In this document: one piece after another, positions 19,475 through 30,950 of the stretch | Layout: each line of letters begins with the position of its first letter | Numbering within the stretch: position 1 is the stretch's first letter | Assembly (NCBI GenBank): GCA_963708295.1 | Contig: CAVPSJ010000016.1 | Span: forward strand, 32,001-96,000 | Length of the DNA stretch: 64,000 nt | DNA from: an uncultured delta proteobacterium | GTDB lineage: Bacteria > Desulfobacterota > BSN033 > UBA1163 | Direction of reading: 5' to 3' | The notes under the pieces: generated by a model | The model's input: the letters and a program-made list of their open reading frames with translations, nothing else | The model's database searches: none | What the model was told of the DNA's origin: nothing | Made by a program: the position numbers and the translations under genes

Positions 19475-19880
19475 CTATTCACTTAGTATTTCGCTCGTCC
19501 CGTCGGCGCCGAGCCTCACAACAACCATGTCGTCACCATGTTTGCAACGGTAATACTGTGCATTGGTATCGTCAGTTTTCACCTTAGTACAACTTTTTTC
19601 TATCTCCTTTGTGTCGCCAGGACGAAACCGAAACTTTACATTTACGCGCCCTACGTCAACTTTATGTCTTTCGTGTATATCGTAGGCGGACCTAGGAATG
19701 AAGCTTGGCACCCAGCCTTTACCAATGAGTTCCGATTCTTCGAGTTGTTCGATATGTCTCAAAGTGAGATTCAGCAAGTTTCTAAGTATCCAAATAGCCA
19801 ACCGCTCCGACAAATATGACTACCATTCCGACAAGTATTGCTACCAGCGTGAATAGGATGAAGCTGCATCGTTTTCATAC
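19475..19880 (-). pseudogene. Degraded gene for a small exported/membrane-anchored protein
   Basis: Hydrophobic N-terminus (FILFTLVAILVGMVVIFVGAVGYL), then an in-frame TAG and frameshifts, then GWVPSFIPRSAYDIHERH. Confidence 0.4.
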
Positions 19881-20298
19881 ATCCGACAATAGTTGGACTG
19901 CAAGTCTGTACTTTCCTCAGATCTCTATGCTTACCCATTGGTTTTGTCAAACAGATTTTGGAAGATTTATGAAACTTCGATCTCCGGAAACTGCGAAAGA
20001 ATCCGAAATAGAATACCAGACCCTCATAATCGGATATGAGTAAAATCTTCACCCCTGCCTCGCCGAAGCGGCTTCTTGCAGGCTATGTAAGCTCTCTTAT
20101 GCAGAACAATAAGAGGGGAAGATTCCTCCTTTTTGCAAAGGGAGGCCAGGAGGGATTTAGCTTCCAGTGTCTACACAATTACGACCTTGCGGACACTGTT
20201 GCAACCTAAACTAATTCATCGAAACCGAGAGGGTTGACTCAAGGCCTTTGATATAATAGAAAAGAAAGTAGAGGAACTTTTGAAAGGAGGAAACTGGA

Positions 20299-20739
20299 AT
20301 GCAATCACTTACTCTTGAGGCTGCCGACCTCATTGCCAACAAATCCCTGGAAAAAGGAAGAGCTTTAGGTTTTGCTCCGCTGACGGTTGTGATCCTCGAC
20401 GCAGGAGGACAGATCAAAGTCATCAAGCGAGAAGATGGTTCGAGCTTGCTTCGATCGGACATCGCCATGGGGAAAGCTTGGGGTGTCCTCGGAATGGGAT
20501 TTGGCGGCCGGGAGCTTGCCCGACGGGCAGCCAAAATGCCTACGTTCTTCAATGCCCTTTCCGACCTATCAGGCGGCAAGATGGTTCCCGTGCCGGGAGG
20601 CGTCCTGATTCGCTCTGCCTCCGGGGATATCATCGGATCCGTCGGGATCAGCGGCGACACCTCCGATAACGACGAAACGTGTGCGGTTTATGGAATCAAA
20701 TCTGCGGGCCTTACCCCGGATACAGGCGATAAAGAGTAG
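20299..20739 (+). CDS. GlcG/HbpS-family heme-binding protein
   Basis: VVILDAGG, REDG, IAMGKA, VPGGVLI and GSVGISGDTSDNDE. Confidence 0.9.
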   Translation: MQSLTLEAADLIANKSLEKGRALGFAPLTVVILDAGGQIKVIKREDGSSLLRSDIAMGKAWGVLGMGFGGRELARRAAKMPTFFNALSDLSGGKMVPVPGGVLIRSASGDIIGSVGISGDTSDNDETCAVYGIKSAGLTPDTGDKE

Positions 20740-20754
20740 GTCGGGTCGGGAAGG

Positions 20755-20783
20755 GTAGGGAACGGTTTCAAACCGTTCCCTAC
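20755..20783. repeat. GTAG-type REP palindrome
   Basis: GTAGGGAACGGTTT-C-AAACCGTTCCCTAC perfect inverted repeat; partial copy at 8229-8252. Confidence 0.7.
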
Positions 20784-21051
20784 GAATCCATGTAGGCGCA
20801 CCATCGCTTTTTGCATGTTCTATAATTGAGAAAACATAATTATACTGGTCCGGCAAATCCCCATCCCCTTCCTAACCTCCCTCTTGAAGGGGAGGAACAT
20901 AGAGGAACACAACGGTTTCCCTCCTCTTCAGGGGAGAGGGCAAGCCCTGCACCACGTAGGGTGCAGGACAATGCCCTGAACCTCACATGGTTCAGGGGGT
21001 GGGGGTGGGGTTCATCAGTTGTCTATTCAATTTTGGACCGATTAGTAACTG

Positions 21052-22176
21052 CTAATCATTCAGCAGGGACATGATCTTCTCGTCGGGTTCCAACCGAATT
21101 GCTTCATGATCGCAGGATTCCTTGCATGCGGTGCAAAGCATGCACTTCTCGGAGTCAAGGACCGGCGAATCGGGTCCCGTGGTTAGAGCACCGGAGGGAC
21201 AGACATCGACGCACGCCTTGCATTCCTGATCGCATTTCTCAGAAGAGAAAACCGGACGGTAAGCCACTCGTGTCCGGAAAAATTCCCGGTTCGTCCATCC
21301 GCTTCCCACTCCGGCCTTATATCTATAGCTTGACTCAGGCGGGACCGGCCGGTGATAATCCTCAATAGTTGATATCTCCCCTACCACCTCAATTGCATTC
21401 AGATCGGTTTCCCCCAGCCCAAGCTCTCTGGCAATAGTCAGGTACGGGACATCGCCTACGGTGAAGCCAACGATCTTCGCCTCCACTGTGTCCAGGGCCA
21501 CGGCATCTGTGGCTGCCAGGATCTTGTTGACCCAGCGTGTCTCCGGAGAGGCCGGTCCATAACCTTCCATCGCAAGGATCCCGTCCATGATCACAAGGTC
21601 CGGGGGCCGCATGCGATAAAGTTCGACGACAACCCTCGCAAATCTTTTCGGATCTCCCGAATAGTAGTGAAACCACGATTTTTGGGCTCCTGCCAGCAAC
21701 CCGTAGTTATTCTTCATCGCCCCGCTGATCATCGTCAGTCCGTGGGTTTTCATCTTTGGAACGGAGATGTAGATATCCGCCTCCATGACATCCCGAAGGA
21801 GGGCGATCTTCCGTTTAAAAGGTTCTTTCATCTCCACGACGGTCATCCGCCTGTTCAGGTTCCGGTAATAAGAACCCGCCGCCTCCTTCTGGCGCGAAAT
21901 TCGAAATACATATTCCGAATTTCCGTAAGATTCCGTCCCCACGGAATCACCGACGACAATCCGGGAGGGCCTGAAGGTTTCTATCTTCTGGACCACGGCC
22001 TTCACCAGCTTGTAGTGAGTGGCCATCGCTTGAAGATCCGGATCGGAGGCTTTCAGTGCATTCGTCTTGATCGCCACCGTTTTCCCGGCCATGTCGATGG
22101 GAAAATGGGAAAACGCCTGCTCGACGGCTTCGTGGCAGGTGTCGTAGGTGCTCTCCATGACAAGGACCTTGCTCAT
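21052..22176 (-). CDS. DUF362 protein with C-terminal 2x[4Fe-4S] ferredoxin domain
   Basis: IKTN, VPKMKTH, GAMKNNYG, MEGYGP and DAVALD; CDQECKACVDVCP and CMLCTACKESC. Confidence 0.88.
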   Translation of the reverse strand: MSKVLVMESTYDTCHEAVEQAFSHFPIDMAGKTVAIKTNALKASDPDLQAMATHYKLVKAVVQKIETFRPSRIVVGDSVGTESYGNSEYVFRISRQKEAAGSYYRNLNRRMTVVEMKEPFKRKIALLRDVMEADIYISVPKMKTHGLTMISGAMKNNYGLLAGAQKSWFHYYSGDPKRFARVVVELYRMRPPDLVIMDGILAMEGYGPASPETRWVNKILAATDAVALDTVEAKIVGFTVGDVPYLTIARELGLGETDLNAIEVVGEISTIEDYHRPVPPESSYRYKAGVGSGWTNREFFRTRVAYRPVFSSEKCDQECKACVDVCPSGALTTGPDSPVLDSEKCMLCTACKESCDHEAIRLEPDEKIMSLLND

Positions 22177-22379
22177 AGCTGGATCTCCATTACTAATCAG
22201 GCCATAATTGTCTGGACATCAGAAACTGAATCCCTCCTTCCCTCCCTTTGCAAAAGGTCCCGCCTTCCGCGGGATTTGGCAAAGAGGGGCCGTTCGACAG
22301 CCCTCACGGGGGAGATTTTATGAATAATATGTCTTCTCAATTATGGACTCCTTGGTAAGGCTTGGTAACATGGTGGCTA

Positions 22380-23669
22380 TTATGGAAAGCTCTTGGGATA
22401 GAGTTGTTTTGGAAGCCAGAGGGTGATTTCCGGTACGTAGGTTGTGATAAAGAGAGCGATCAGACTCACGATGATAAAGGGCATAAGCCCGGCCACAATC
22501 TTCCTCATCGGCGCCCGGAATATACTCATGGTGACGAAAATATTAAATCCGAAGGGCGGGGTATACATGCCTATGGAGATGTTCAAAACCAGTATGACTC
22601 CAAGGTGGACCGGATTCACTCCGAGAGCCGTTGCAATCGGGTAAAAGAGAGGTGTCAGGACCACAAGCGTCGAATTGGGCTCCAGAAACATTCCTGCAAT
22701 AAGAAAAACAATGTTGATCAGCATCAAGATCATGAACTGCGATGCGCCCGCGCTCTTTACCCAGCTGTTGACCATAGCGGGAACTCCGCCGACCGTGAGG
22801 ATCCACACAAAGACCCCTGAAGAAGCGATGATGATCATAATCTTTGCGGTGACCAGTCCCGATTCGATGGCAATCTGAAAAAGCTTCTTCAGCGTCATTT
22901 CCCGGTAAATGAAAAGAGCGACGAACATCGCATAAATCGTAGAGACAGCAGACGCCTCGGTCGGCGTAAAGATTCCCGAATAAATGCCGCCGAGGATGAG
23001 AACGGGCATTCCCAGTGCCCAGCCTGCGGATTTCGTTCTTTGGAGAACCACGCGGATATCGAAGGCACCCGTGGAAGGCACTTTCTCCCGATAGACGTGC
23101 GCAACCACCCAGCCGGCGAAGCACAACCCCAAAAGGATGCCTGGGCCGACCCCTCCCATAAAGACAGCCCCGACGGAAGCTCCTGTGATGGCCGAATAGA
23201 CGATCATTCCGATGCTGGGTGGGATCACGCTCGCGATTGCTCCCGTGCACGTAACGAGACCCAAAGAAAAGGTCTCCCCGTATTTCCCTTTGACGAGGGG
23301 ACGATAGAGAATCGAGCCCACCGCTGCCGTGGTGGCTGCACTCGACCCCGACACCGTTCCAAAAATTTCGCAGGTGGCGATGGTCGTCATCGCAAGGCCC
23401 CCACGTATCCATCCCACAATAGACTCTACCCATGCAACGAGCCGTGTGGTCAGCCCTCCTGCGCCCATAACGCTTGCGCCGAATATAAAGAACGGGATGG
23501 CCATCAAGGCGAACTTGTCGATGCTTCCAAACATCTGGGTCGCGATGAGGGTGATAGGCGCGATCTTAAACGCCCAGATGACGATGACGGCTGTGGCTAC
23601 CATCAGAACGAACATGGGGACGTTAAGCAAAAGCAGTAAACCACCAAGGATACAAAGTGCCGTCAGCAT
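22380..23669 (-). CDS. dctM: TRAP transporter large permease
   Basis: AIPFFI, SGSSAAT, IPPSIGM, GIFTPTEAS and TPPFGFN; TAATG overlap with dctQ. Confidence 0.93.
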   Translation of the reverse strand: MLTALCILGGLLLLLNVPMFVLMVATAVIVIWAFKIAPITLIATQMFGSIDKFALMAIPFFIFGASVMGAGGLTTRLVAWVESIVGWIRGGLAMTTIATCEIFGTVSGSSAATTAAVGSILYRPLVKGKYGETFSLGLVTCTGAIASVIPPSIGMIVYSAITGASVGAVFMGGVGPGILLGLCFAGWVVAHVYREKVPSTGAFDIRVVLQRTKSAGWALGMPVLILGGIYSGIFTPTEASAVSTIYAMFVALFIYREMTLKKLFQIAIESGLVTAKIMIIIASSGVFVWILTVGGVPAMVNSWVKSAGASQFMILMLINIVFLIAGMFLEPNSTLVVLTPLFYPIATALGVNPVHLGVILVLNISIGMYTPPFGFNIFVTMSIFRAPMRKIVAGLMPFIIVSLIALFITTYVPEITLWLPKQLYPKSFP

Positions 23670-24196
23670 TACGAATCGTGCCTCCCCTGATCGAAGGAGA
23701 TATCGGATGGTTTGATTGGTTTTCTCATTTGGTGGCGCAAAGCCGTCTCCGCATATCCGAGCATCATCAAAATACTTCCAACCGGAAAGGCGCCGTAAAT
23801 AAGCCACATGGGGATAAAAGCTGCTTCGCTGGTCTGTCCGGTCTCAATCACCATTTTGACGAGTCCGTTACCGAAAAAGAATATTGCGATGACGGTAAGG
23901 ATGCAGAAGATGTTGATGGCCAGAAAAGCGATCCTCCGGAGCTTTTCAGGCCATATGTTGTAAAGGGCTTCCATGCTGACGTGTGCACCTTCGCGAGAGA
24001 TCACACCGGCCCCGACAAAGACCGTCCAAAGCAAGATGTAGCGCGTTACCTCCTCGGCCCAAGACATGCCGTAGTGGAACACATACCTCAGCACCACGTT
24101 GATGAAAAGCAGGAACGCCGAAAAGGTCATGATGGCGCCCACCAGGATCTTGCCTCCGAGCATCAAACGCTGGTTGAACCTGAAGAACTTCTCCAA
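23669..24196 (-). CDS. dctQ: TRAP transporter small permease
   Basis: NVVLRYVF...WAEEVTRY...H motif, four TM segments. Confidence 0.9.
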   Translation of the reverse strand: MEKFFRFNQRLMLGGKILVGAIMTFSAFLLFINVVLRYVFHYGMSWAEEVTRYILLWTVFVGAGVISREGAHVSMEALYNIWPEKLRRIAFLAINIFCILTVIAIFFFGNGLVKMVIETGQTSEAAFIPMWLIYGAFPVGSILMMLGYAETALRHQMRKPIKPSDISFDQGRHDS

Positions 24197-24274
24197 AATC
24201 TCTCCTTGTTGAGGGGGCCTCCCCTACCGGGCGCCCCTTGAAAGCAGGTCATTGAATTCTCTTACATAAAGATG

Positions 24275-24311
24275 CCCGCCCCGTTCGCGAAGAAAAGCTC
24301 CTCGGGGCGGG
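24275..24311 (-). terminator. GC-rich hairpin between dctP and dctQ (mRNA stabiliser or partial terminator)
   Basis: CCCGCCCCG ... CGGGGCGGG 9-bp inverted repeat. Confidence 0.45.
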
Positions 24312-24344
24312 AAAAGATTGATCTCTGTTCCTGTCCTCTTGTTA

Positions 24345-25366
24345 TTACTGCGCTGCGGCGATGGCTGCCTTCAGCTTGTCCAGATAATATCCCGCCTTGC
24401 CTCCGAACTGGGTAGCCACCTTATCCCACACGGGGGGAGCGAGCTTCTGAAATTCCTTCCACTCTGCCGGGGTCAGCTTGTAGACGACATTTCCGTGTTT
24501 CTCGAACACTTTAAGAGCTTTGGCATCGTCCTCATCGATCCATTTGGATTCTTCAGGAGCGACCTCCCGGAATGTGGTGATCATCTTTTTCTGAATGTCC
24601 GGCGGGATTTTATCCCACCATGCCTTTCCGACGACGATGATCTCCGGCATGAGGGCGTGATTGCTTATGGTAATGTATTTTTGTACCTCATAATACTTCA
24701 TCTCCTGGATCCGGTAGAGCATGTTTTCTTGTGCATCGACCGTGCCAAGCTGGAGAGCGTTGTAAAGCTCAGAGAGATCGATGGGAACCGGCGTCGACCC
24801 GTAAGACTTGTACTGCTCCATCAGCACCGGCGAGGGCATGACGCGGACCTTATGACCATTGAAATCACCCGGCGTTCGCACCGGAAAATTTGATGTAAAT
24901 TGTTTCCAACCGGCGGTCCAGAAAGCAAGGGCCTCCATTTTGGCCTTCTGTGTTTCCTGGCCTATTTCATCCCCGAAAGGCCCTGTCATCACCTTGTAAT
25001 AAGTCTTAATGTCTGGAAACATGAAGGGGAGGTCCAAAAGAGTGATCATCTTGCTGAAGGCGCCGAAATAGGACGCTGGTGTCAGCGTACATTCCAGAGA
25101 GCCCATCTGGATCTGCTCGAACATCGCCCGCGTGGCGCCAAGCTGGGAAGAGGGAAATATCTTTACCTCCACCTGTCCTCCGGTTCGCTCGGTGATGAGT
25201 TTGGCAAAGAGCTCAGCGCCTCTCACTCTCGGAGACCCTGGATCGTTGCTCAAACCGATTTTCATTTTTATCGGCTCCGCGGCAAGAGCTTCCGTTGAAA
25301 GGGAAAACAGGAAGACAGCAGCAAAGATAAGACTGATACAACTGAAAAGGAATGCGGTCTTTTCAT
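24345..25366 (-). CDS. dctP: TRAP substrate-binding protein (1-bp indel just after the start)
   Basis: FPSSQLG, KVRVM, ELYNALQLGTVDAQEN and YEVQKY; the AAGGAGG RBS precedes ATG 25366, which is out of frame by one base in an A-run. Confidence 0.9.
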
Positions 25367-25594
25367 GGCTTACCTCCTTCTTATAAGATGAATTCAGCAA
25401 ATAGGATTCTTCGAACTGAGAAAAACCGAGAGAATAACTACCATGTCCGGTTCTAACATGTCAACATAATTCTTCGACTGCAAACACCATCAGTCATCCA
25501 ACAGTAGACAGTAGATCTTCAGAAATCGGTTTGTCTCCCCATCTCCCCATCTCCCTATCCCGTAAGAACGTTATCTAATGTCTGGAGGCCGGGT

Positions 25595-26623
25595 CTACCC
25601 AATTCGGTCTCCGGCATCTCGCGGCGGCTCACCGAAGACTTCAGGGTTGAGCAGATCCGGCGGTCGCCTGCCCTGGATCATGGCTTCGAGATTCTCCACC
25701 GTTCTCAACGCCATGGCCTCTCTTGTCTCGCGGGCCGCGCTTCCAATGTGGGGAGTGACGACGACATTAGGAAAATCCAGGAGGCCGGAAAACGGACCAG
25801 GATCAGGATTTGGAAATTCCCGTTCAAAAACATCCAGCCCCGCGCCTTTAATTCTTCCTTCTTTCAGTGCCTTGGCAAGTGCTTTCTCATCGAGGACCGC
25901 TCCGCGTGACGTATTGATGAGGATCGCAGTTGGCTTCATCAAGGAGAGCAGATGCTCTCCCACGAGCCCTTTGCTGCTCGGAGTCAGGGTTGGGGTCAGA
26001 GCCACGAAATCTGCCTCGCGGAATAGAGCTTCCATCTCCCGCCACTCGACGTTCAGCTGTGTTTCTTCCTGTGGCGAAAGTCGGGTCCGCTTAGTATAGA
26101 TCACCCGCATTCCGCAGCCTTGCGCTTTTTTTGCCAGCGCTTTGCCGATTTTGCCCAGGCCGACAATCCCCAGGGTTTTGTCGAAGATCCGTGTCGTGAG
26201 GAAGGCCATGGACTGATACTGTTTCCACTGCTTTTCCCTCATGACGCGGTCCCCCTCGGGCAAACGCCAGGCCGTCCCGATCAGCAGGGCGAACGTCAAT
26301 TCCGCCGTGGTCTCAACCAGCATATTCGGTATGCCCGTTACCGGAATTCCCCGCGCCGTTGCGGTTTTGATATCGACGAACTTCGGAAAAATGTACATGG
26401 CCGCGATCCCTTTCAAATCCGGGAGCGCGGTGTCGATCACTTCCGCAGGAAACGGAATTTCCGCAAGCGCATAAAGGTAATTCTTGCCTTTGACCGATTT
26501 CAGAAGCTCTTCCCGGCTGATCACCCGATCGATATGAGGAAAAACTTCAACGTCTGCCACTTGCTTCAGACGGTTTAGCGCCACTTCAGGAATCGGTTGG
26601 GGTATGAAAACTTTCGAACGCAT
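25595..26623 (-). CDS. D-2-hydroxyacid dehydrogenase (glyoxylate reductase / D-glycerate dehydrogenase-like)
   Basis: GLGKIG, NTSRG, LDVFEREF and TPHIGSA motifs. Confidence 0.9.
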   Translation of the reverse strand: MRSKVFIPQPIPEVALNRLKQVADVEVFPHIDRVISREELLKSVKGKNYLYALAEIPFPAEVIDTALPDLKGIAAMYIFPKFVDIKTATARGIPVTGIPNMLVETTAELTFALLIGTAWRLPEGDRVMREKQWKQYQSMAFLTTRIFDKTLGIVGLGKIGKALAKKAQGCGMRVIYTKRTRLSPQEETQLNVEWREMEALFREADFVALTPTLTPSSKGLVGEHLLSLMKPTAILINTSRGAVLDEKALAKALKEGRIKGAGLDVFEREFPNPDPGPFSGLLDFPNVVVTPHIGSAARETREAMALRTVENLEAMIQGRRPPDLLNPEVFGEPPRDAGDRIG

Positions 26624-27091
26624 AGATACCTCCTCGGGGAAAAGTCCATTCAAGATTCGTTAGGTGACGCCAATATAGCAAAGGAGAGTCTGTGCGTCAA
26701 TAATCAAACACTCGTAGCCCGAGAGATGAGACCGGGGGAGATCTGGGAATGAGATGGTAAAGACCGTTTACAGTGTTTCGAAAGACTCGAGAAGAGGGCT
26801 TCGAAATTGCCGATTTCCAACTTCGAGCCTTCCGGCAATAACGGGAAATGAGGGAGAGGAGGACGAACGGTCGGCCGTTTTTTTACCTACGAGGAGGACA
26901 CTGGGGATGGTAAGATTTTAATGAATGGCAACTGTGAAGGGCTTAAGTCGTGCAGTGAAAGAAGCCGATGCAATTAAGTGAGAGGGAGATTATCTTTGCT
27001 CTTGCAAACGCAGGTCCTCGGTGATAATGTTACCTGTAACCGTGAGCCTAAGAAGGATGTGCTTTGATGAAGGAACGGTCTTTCGGGAGGA

Positions 27092-27562
27092 ATGAAGTTG
27101 GAGCGTCTTTGTGACTGGTATATTCGCCACGCAAAGCTAATCGGTGCATTTTACTGCTGGATTCCCACGCTCGCCTGGTTCGGAGCGACGATGTTCTTTG
27201 TCTCGTTCCGGGAAGTCTACTTCCTCCGGCTGGCCCTTTCTCTCCTCTTGGGTGGTTGGATTGCGGCCCGGATCAATGATTATGGTGTTCGCCTCTGGTT
27301 GATCAAACACCGATCCCAAGAAGGCCCGGGAACCGTCGTTGACGGTATTCTCATTGGAGCAGGTGTTGGAATGGGGACAACCTTTTTGCCACCGCTCACA
27401 TCATTGATAGCTACCCATCATCCAGAGGAGGCGAAGCTTTTGATCATTCTATCATGGTCGGCAGGAATTGTTTTTGGAGGTCTGATTGGAGGTATGCTGG
27501 CTTGGATTGGCCGAAAGTATCTCGATCATGCCTCCGTTGCCACGGAGGAGAGTCAAAGGTGA
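27092..27562 (+). CDS. Hypothetical 4-TM membrane protein, first gene of the biosynthetic operon
   Basis: GGGAGG RBS, four hydrophobic stretches, stop overlaps the next start (GTGA). Confidence 0.7.
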   Translation: MKLERLCDWYIRHAKLIGAFYCWIPTLAWFGATMFFVSFREVYFLRLALSLLLGGWIAARINDYGVRLWLIKHRSQEGPGTVVDGILIGAGVGMGTTFLPPLTSLIATHHPEEAKLLIILSWSAGIVFGGLIGGMLAWIGRKYLDHASVATEESQR

Positions 27563-28033
27563 GATTTCTTCTCATCGATCGGATCACTGAATGGGAACCC
27601 GGGAAACGTGCCTGTGCCGTGAAAAATGTTGCTCTCAGTGAAGATTTCTTCGACGACCACTTTCCCACTGAAGCCGATCATGCCAGCGGTTCTGATCATC
27701 GAGGGGATGGCGCAACTTTCTGGCTTGCTTATTGAGGAAGGGGTACGCAAGGAGTCGAGGCGGAATGTGAAGGCCCTGATGAGCATCATTGAAAAGGCAA
27801 AGTTTCGGCGACCGGTTTATCCTGGAGACAAGCTTGTCTATGATGCGGAGATCGGTTCGGTTAACGAACTCGGAGGCAGAGCGAACGTGAAGGCTCGTGT
27901 CGACGGAGAATTGGTCACGGAGTGCGGCTTTGTCTTTACATTTCACGAATTCCATCATCCCCAGCTCGAATCCCGACGGTCTGAAATTCTCTCCCTCTGG
28001 CTGAAGGGGCACCATTCCCATGGGACCGAATGA
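27559..28033 (+). CDS. FabZ-like 3-hydroxyacyl-ACP dehydratase (frameshift near 27667)
   Basis: RFLLIDRI...KNV...FFDDHFP joined across +1 base to [14 protein letters not shown]...[10 protein letters not shown]; catalytic His/Glu present. Confidence 0.85.
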
Positions 28034-28975
28034 AGTCGTCATCACCGGTATGGGAATGATTACCCCCCTTGGCGCGACGTTCGCTGAATGTGCTCGGGCA
28101 TGGCGCGAAGGACGATCGGCAGTCCGCCAACCCCTGCCGGAGTTGAATGGCACCCCTCTCGAGGGTGTCGGCGTCCCACCTCTTCCGGACATTAAAGCAG
28201 CTGAGCGCTTAGGCAGTCGTCGGATGCTCAAATACATGTCCCATGCCGCGGTTCTTGGCTGTCTGGCAGGCCGAGAGGCTCTTGAAAATGCCTCTGTAAA
28301 AGCCCGGTTTTCCCCAGAACGGGTAGGACTCTACGCTGGAACTGGGCTGGCGACTGCCGATATCGATGAAGTCAAGGCGATGGTCGAAGCTTCCATTGAT
28401 GAAGGAGGGCAGTTTTCTTGTCGGCTCCTGGGTGAACATGGTCTGGCAGCGACAAACCCGCTTCTCTCCTTCAAGATATTGGCCAACATGCCTCCCTGCC
28501 TGATTTCGATCATCGAATGTATTAAGGGGCCGAACCTTGTCTTCACTCCCTGGGAAGGACAGACGGGTGCAGCCCTTGTCGAAGCATGGAAGGCTGTGGC
28601 CAGCGGAGAGGTCGACTGTGCCCTTGCTGGTGCTGCAGACAACGCGGCTCATCCGGCAACTTTCGTCTATCTCTACCATGCCGGCCTTCTTAGAGGTGAG
28701 GAATATCCTGCTTCGGGTGCCGCTTATTTCGTCTTCGAGAGACGGGAGACTGCTGAGAGGGACGGCAAAAGGATCCACGGTGAAGATCGAACATATTTCA
28801 CTGACCCCTTCTGATGGCAGGAGTGGTCGACCCACTTTCGGAACGTCTTGGCCGGACCTTCGCTGCTGCTCCGGCCATCCTCCTGGGCTTTAATTGCGCG
28901 CAAAGGAAAAGCGAACTCTCCATCTGCGGGGTCGACCAGCAGAGGTTCGAGGTGAGGTTGGAGTTTTTCGTATGA
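28020..28975 (+). CDS. Truncated ketosynthase-fold protein lacking the catalytic Cys (chain-length-factor-like); frameshifted near 28780-28900, 3' end approximate
   Basis: VVITGMGMITPLG, RVGLYAGTG, LANMPPCLISI..IKGPN; TPWEGQT where active KSs have TACxxS/G. Confidence 0.7.
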
Positions 28976-30211
28976 GGAGAGTTGCCATCACCGGGTTTGG
29001 CGTGGTTTCACCCATCGGTGTGGGTAGGGAAAGCTTCTGGGATTCTCTGGCTCGAGGGGTGAGCGGAATTTCTCCGATCACGCATTTCGATGCTACGACT
29101 TTTGAGGTCCAACTGGCGGGGGAGGTGAAGGAAGCATTGGTCGTGCCTGAACCCGTTGAAGAGGTATCGAAAGAAGACCCAAAGGTCGGGTTTGCCTATT
29201 GGGCCTGCGTCGAGGCCCTCTCTCAGGCAGGGATCGCCAGGTTCGATGGAGAGAACGCTTCTTCATGTCGGTACGAGCCTTGAGATCTTCGATCTGAGCA
29301 AAGTCATCTATGATGGAAAGCCCGACTTTAAAACAGTTGCAACAAACATTCTAAAAGGAATAAGCCCTCCTTTGCAGACGCCCCTCGATCAGGCCTCTGG
29401 CTTGCTGATGCGGGAGTTCGGACGCCCTGGGCAGTCCTTGACAAACTGTTCTGCGTGTGCTGCTGGCGCTCAGGCGATTGGACATGGCTTCCATGCGATT
29501 CGCTCAGGCTATTTCGAACGGGCTGTTTGCGGTGGCTTCGATTCGATGATCAATCCCTTGGGGATCGGCGGGTTCCAACTCTTGGGGGCTTTAACCACTG
29601 ACAATCGGCAAGGAGCGCGTGCGTGTCGTCCTTTCGATTCATCACGCAAGGGCACCGTCCTCGGCGAAGGGGCGGCCATGTTTGTCCTCGAGCCTTTGGA
29701 AAAAGCCAGGGCTGAAGGGAAGGAGATTCTTGGAGAAATGGTGGGTTATGGTTCAACGCTCGATGCTTACAGCCTGAGCGCTCCTGATCCGGAGGGAGAC
29801 GGTGCGACAAGAACGATGTTCATGGCTTTAAAGGACGCGGGAATCCCTCCTTCAGAGGTGCACCATATTAACACCCACGGCACAGGAACCCAACTGAACG
29901 ATGAGGTAGAGGCCAAGGCCATCCGAAGGGTGTTTGCTAAAACCTGGGAGAAGATTCCTGTGACTGCCACCAAGTCGATGACAGGCCATCTCATTGCAGC
30001 AGCCGGTCCTATTGAATTGGGAGCATGCCTTTTCACTCTCTTACGGAGAGTTGTACCGCCTAATGTTTCGTTGGAGCGTGTGGCGCAAGGTTGCGAACTC
30101 CATCATGTGGCGGAGCCTGGAATTCCATTCGAGGGGGAATACGTTCTTACCAATTCGTTTGGATTTGGTGGTCAGAACGCTTCGCTGGTATTGAGGGGGT
30201 ACGGTGGCTGA
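28972..30211 (+). CDS. fabF: Beta-ketoacyl-ACP synthase II-like (frameshift near 29250)
   Basis: MRRVAITGFGVVSPIG; CSACAAG, HGTGT and KSMTGHLIAAAG catalytic triad motifs; NSFGFGGQN. Confidence 0.88.
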
Positions 30212-30950
30212 GCAAATAAGACGTATCGCTCTCATTGCAGGAGGAAGTGGTGCCATCGGCTCTGCAGTCGCCAAGAGGCTGGCTTCGGATGGCGTTAGGG
30301 TCTTTGTGGGCTTCTACAAGAATCGCGAAGCGGCTGAGACTGGAGTTTCCAAAATTGCTGCCGCCGGCGGCAATGGAGAGGCAATTCATCTCGATATCAC
30401 CTCCTCTTCTGAGTCCGAGGAGGTGTGTCAGCACATCTTCAGCGGTTGCGGAAGACTGGATATTCTCGTCAACTGTGCTGCCATTAATATGGAGGCACCT
30501 GCATTGGGAATCGAGGACGAAGCATGGAATGGCGTGATGGAGGTCAACTTGACAGGAGCATTCCGTCTCTGCCGGGCAGCCGCGAAATATATGATGCTCA
30601 ATCGCTGGGGCCGGATCATCAACGTCTCTTCCGTTTCAAGCGGGTTCGGTGGCCGCGGCCAGATGAACTATGCCGCCAGCAAGGCAGGTCTTGAAAGCAT
30701 GACACGCGTCCTGGCCTTGGAACTGGGCCGAAAAGGGATCCTGGCCAACTGCGTGGCACCGGGGGTGATCGAGACGAAGATGTCAGAGCGGATCCGCCAG
30801 GCCCATAAAGGGGCACTGGTTGAAGCGATCGCGGTTCGACGTTTCGGCCAACCTGAGGAAGTTGCAAAGGTTGTGGCTTTTATTGCCTCTGATGCCTCAG
30901 CCTATGTCACGGGACAGATCATTCGCGTGGATGGAGGAATGGGCTTGTGA
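30204..30950 (+). CDS. fabG: 3-oxoacyl-ACP reductase (SDR)
   Basis: GGSGAIG, VNCA, GQMNYAASK, APGVIET and VDGG motifs. Confidence 0.88.
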   Translation: MAEQIRRIALIAGGSGAIGSAVAKRLASDGVRVFVGFYKNREAAETGVSKIAAAGGNGEAIHLDITSSSESEEVCQHIFSGCGRLDILVNCAAINMEAPALGIEDEAWNGVMEVNLTGAFRLCRAAAKYMMLNRWGRIINVSSVSSGFGGRGQMNYAASKAGLESMTRVLALELGRKGILANCVAPGVIETKMSERIRQAHKGALVEAIAVRRFGQPEEVAKVVAFIASDASAYVTGQIIRVDGGMGL

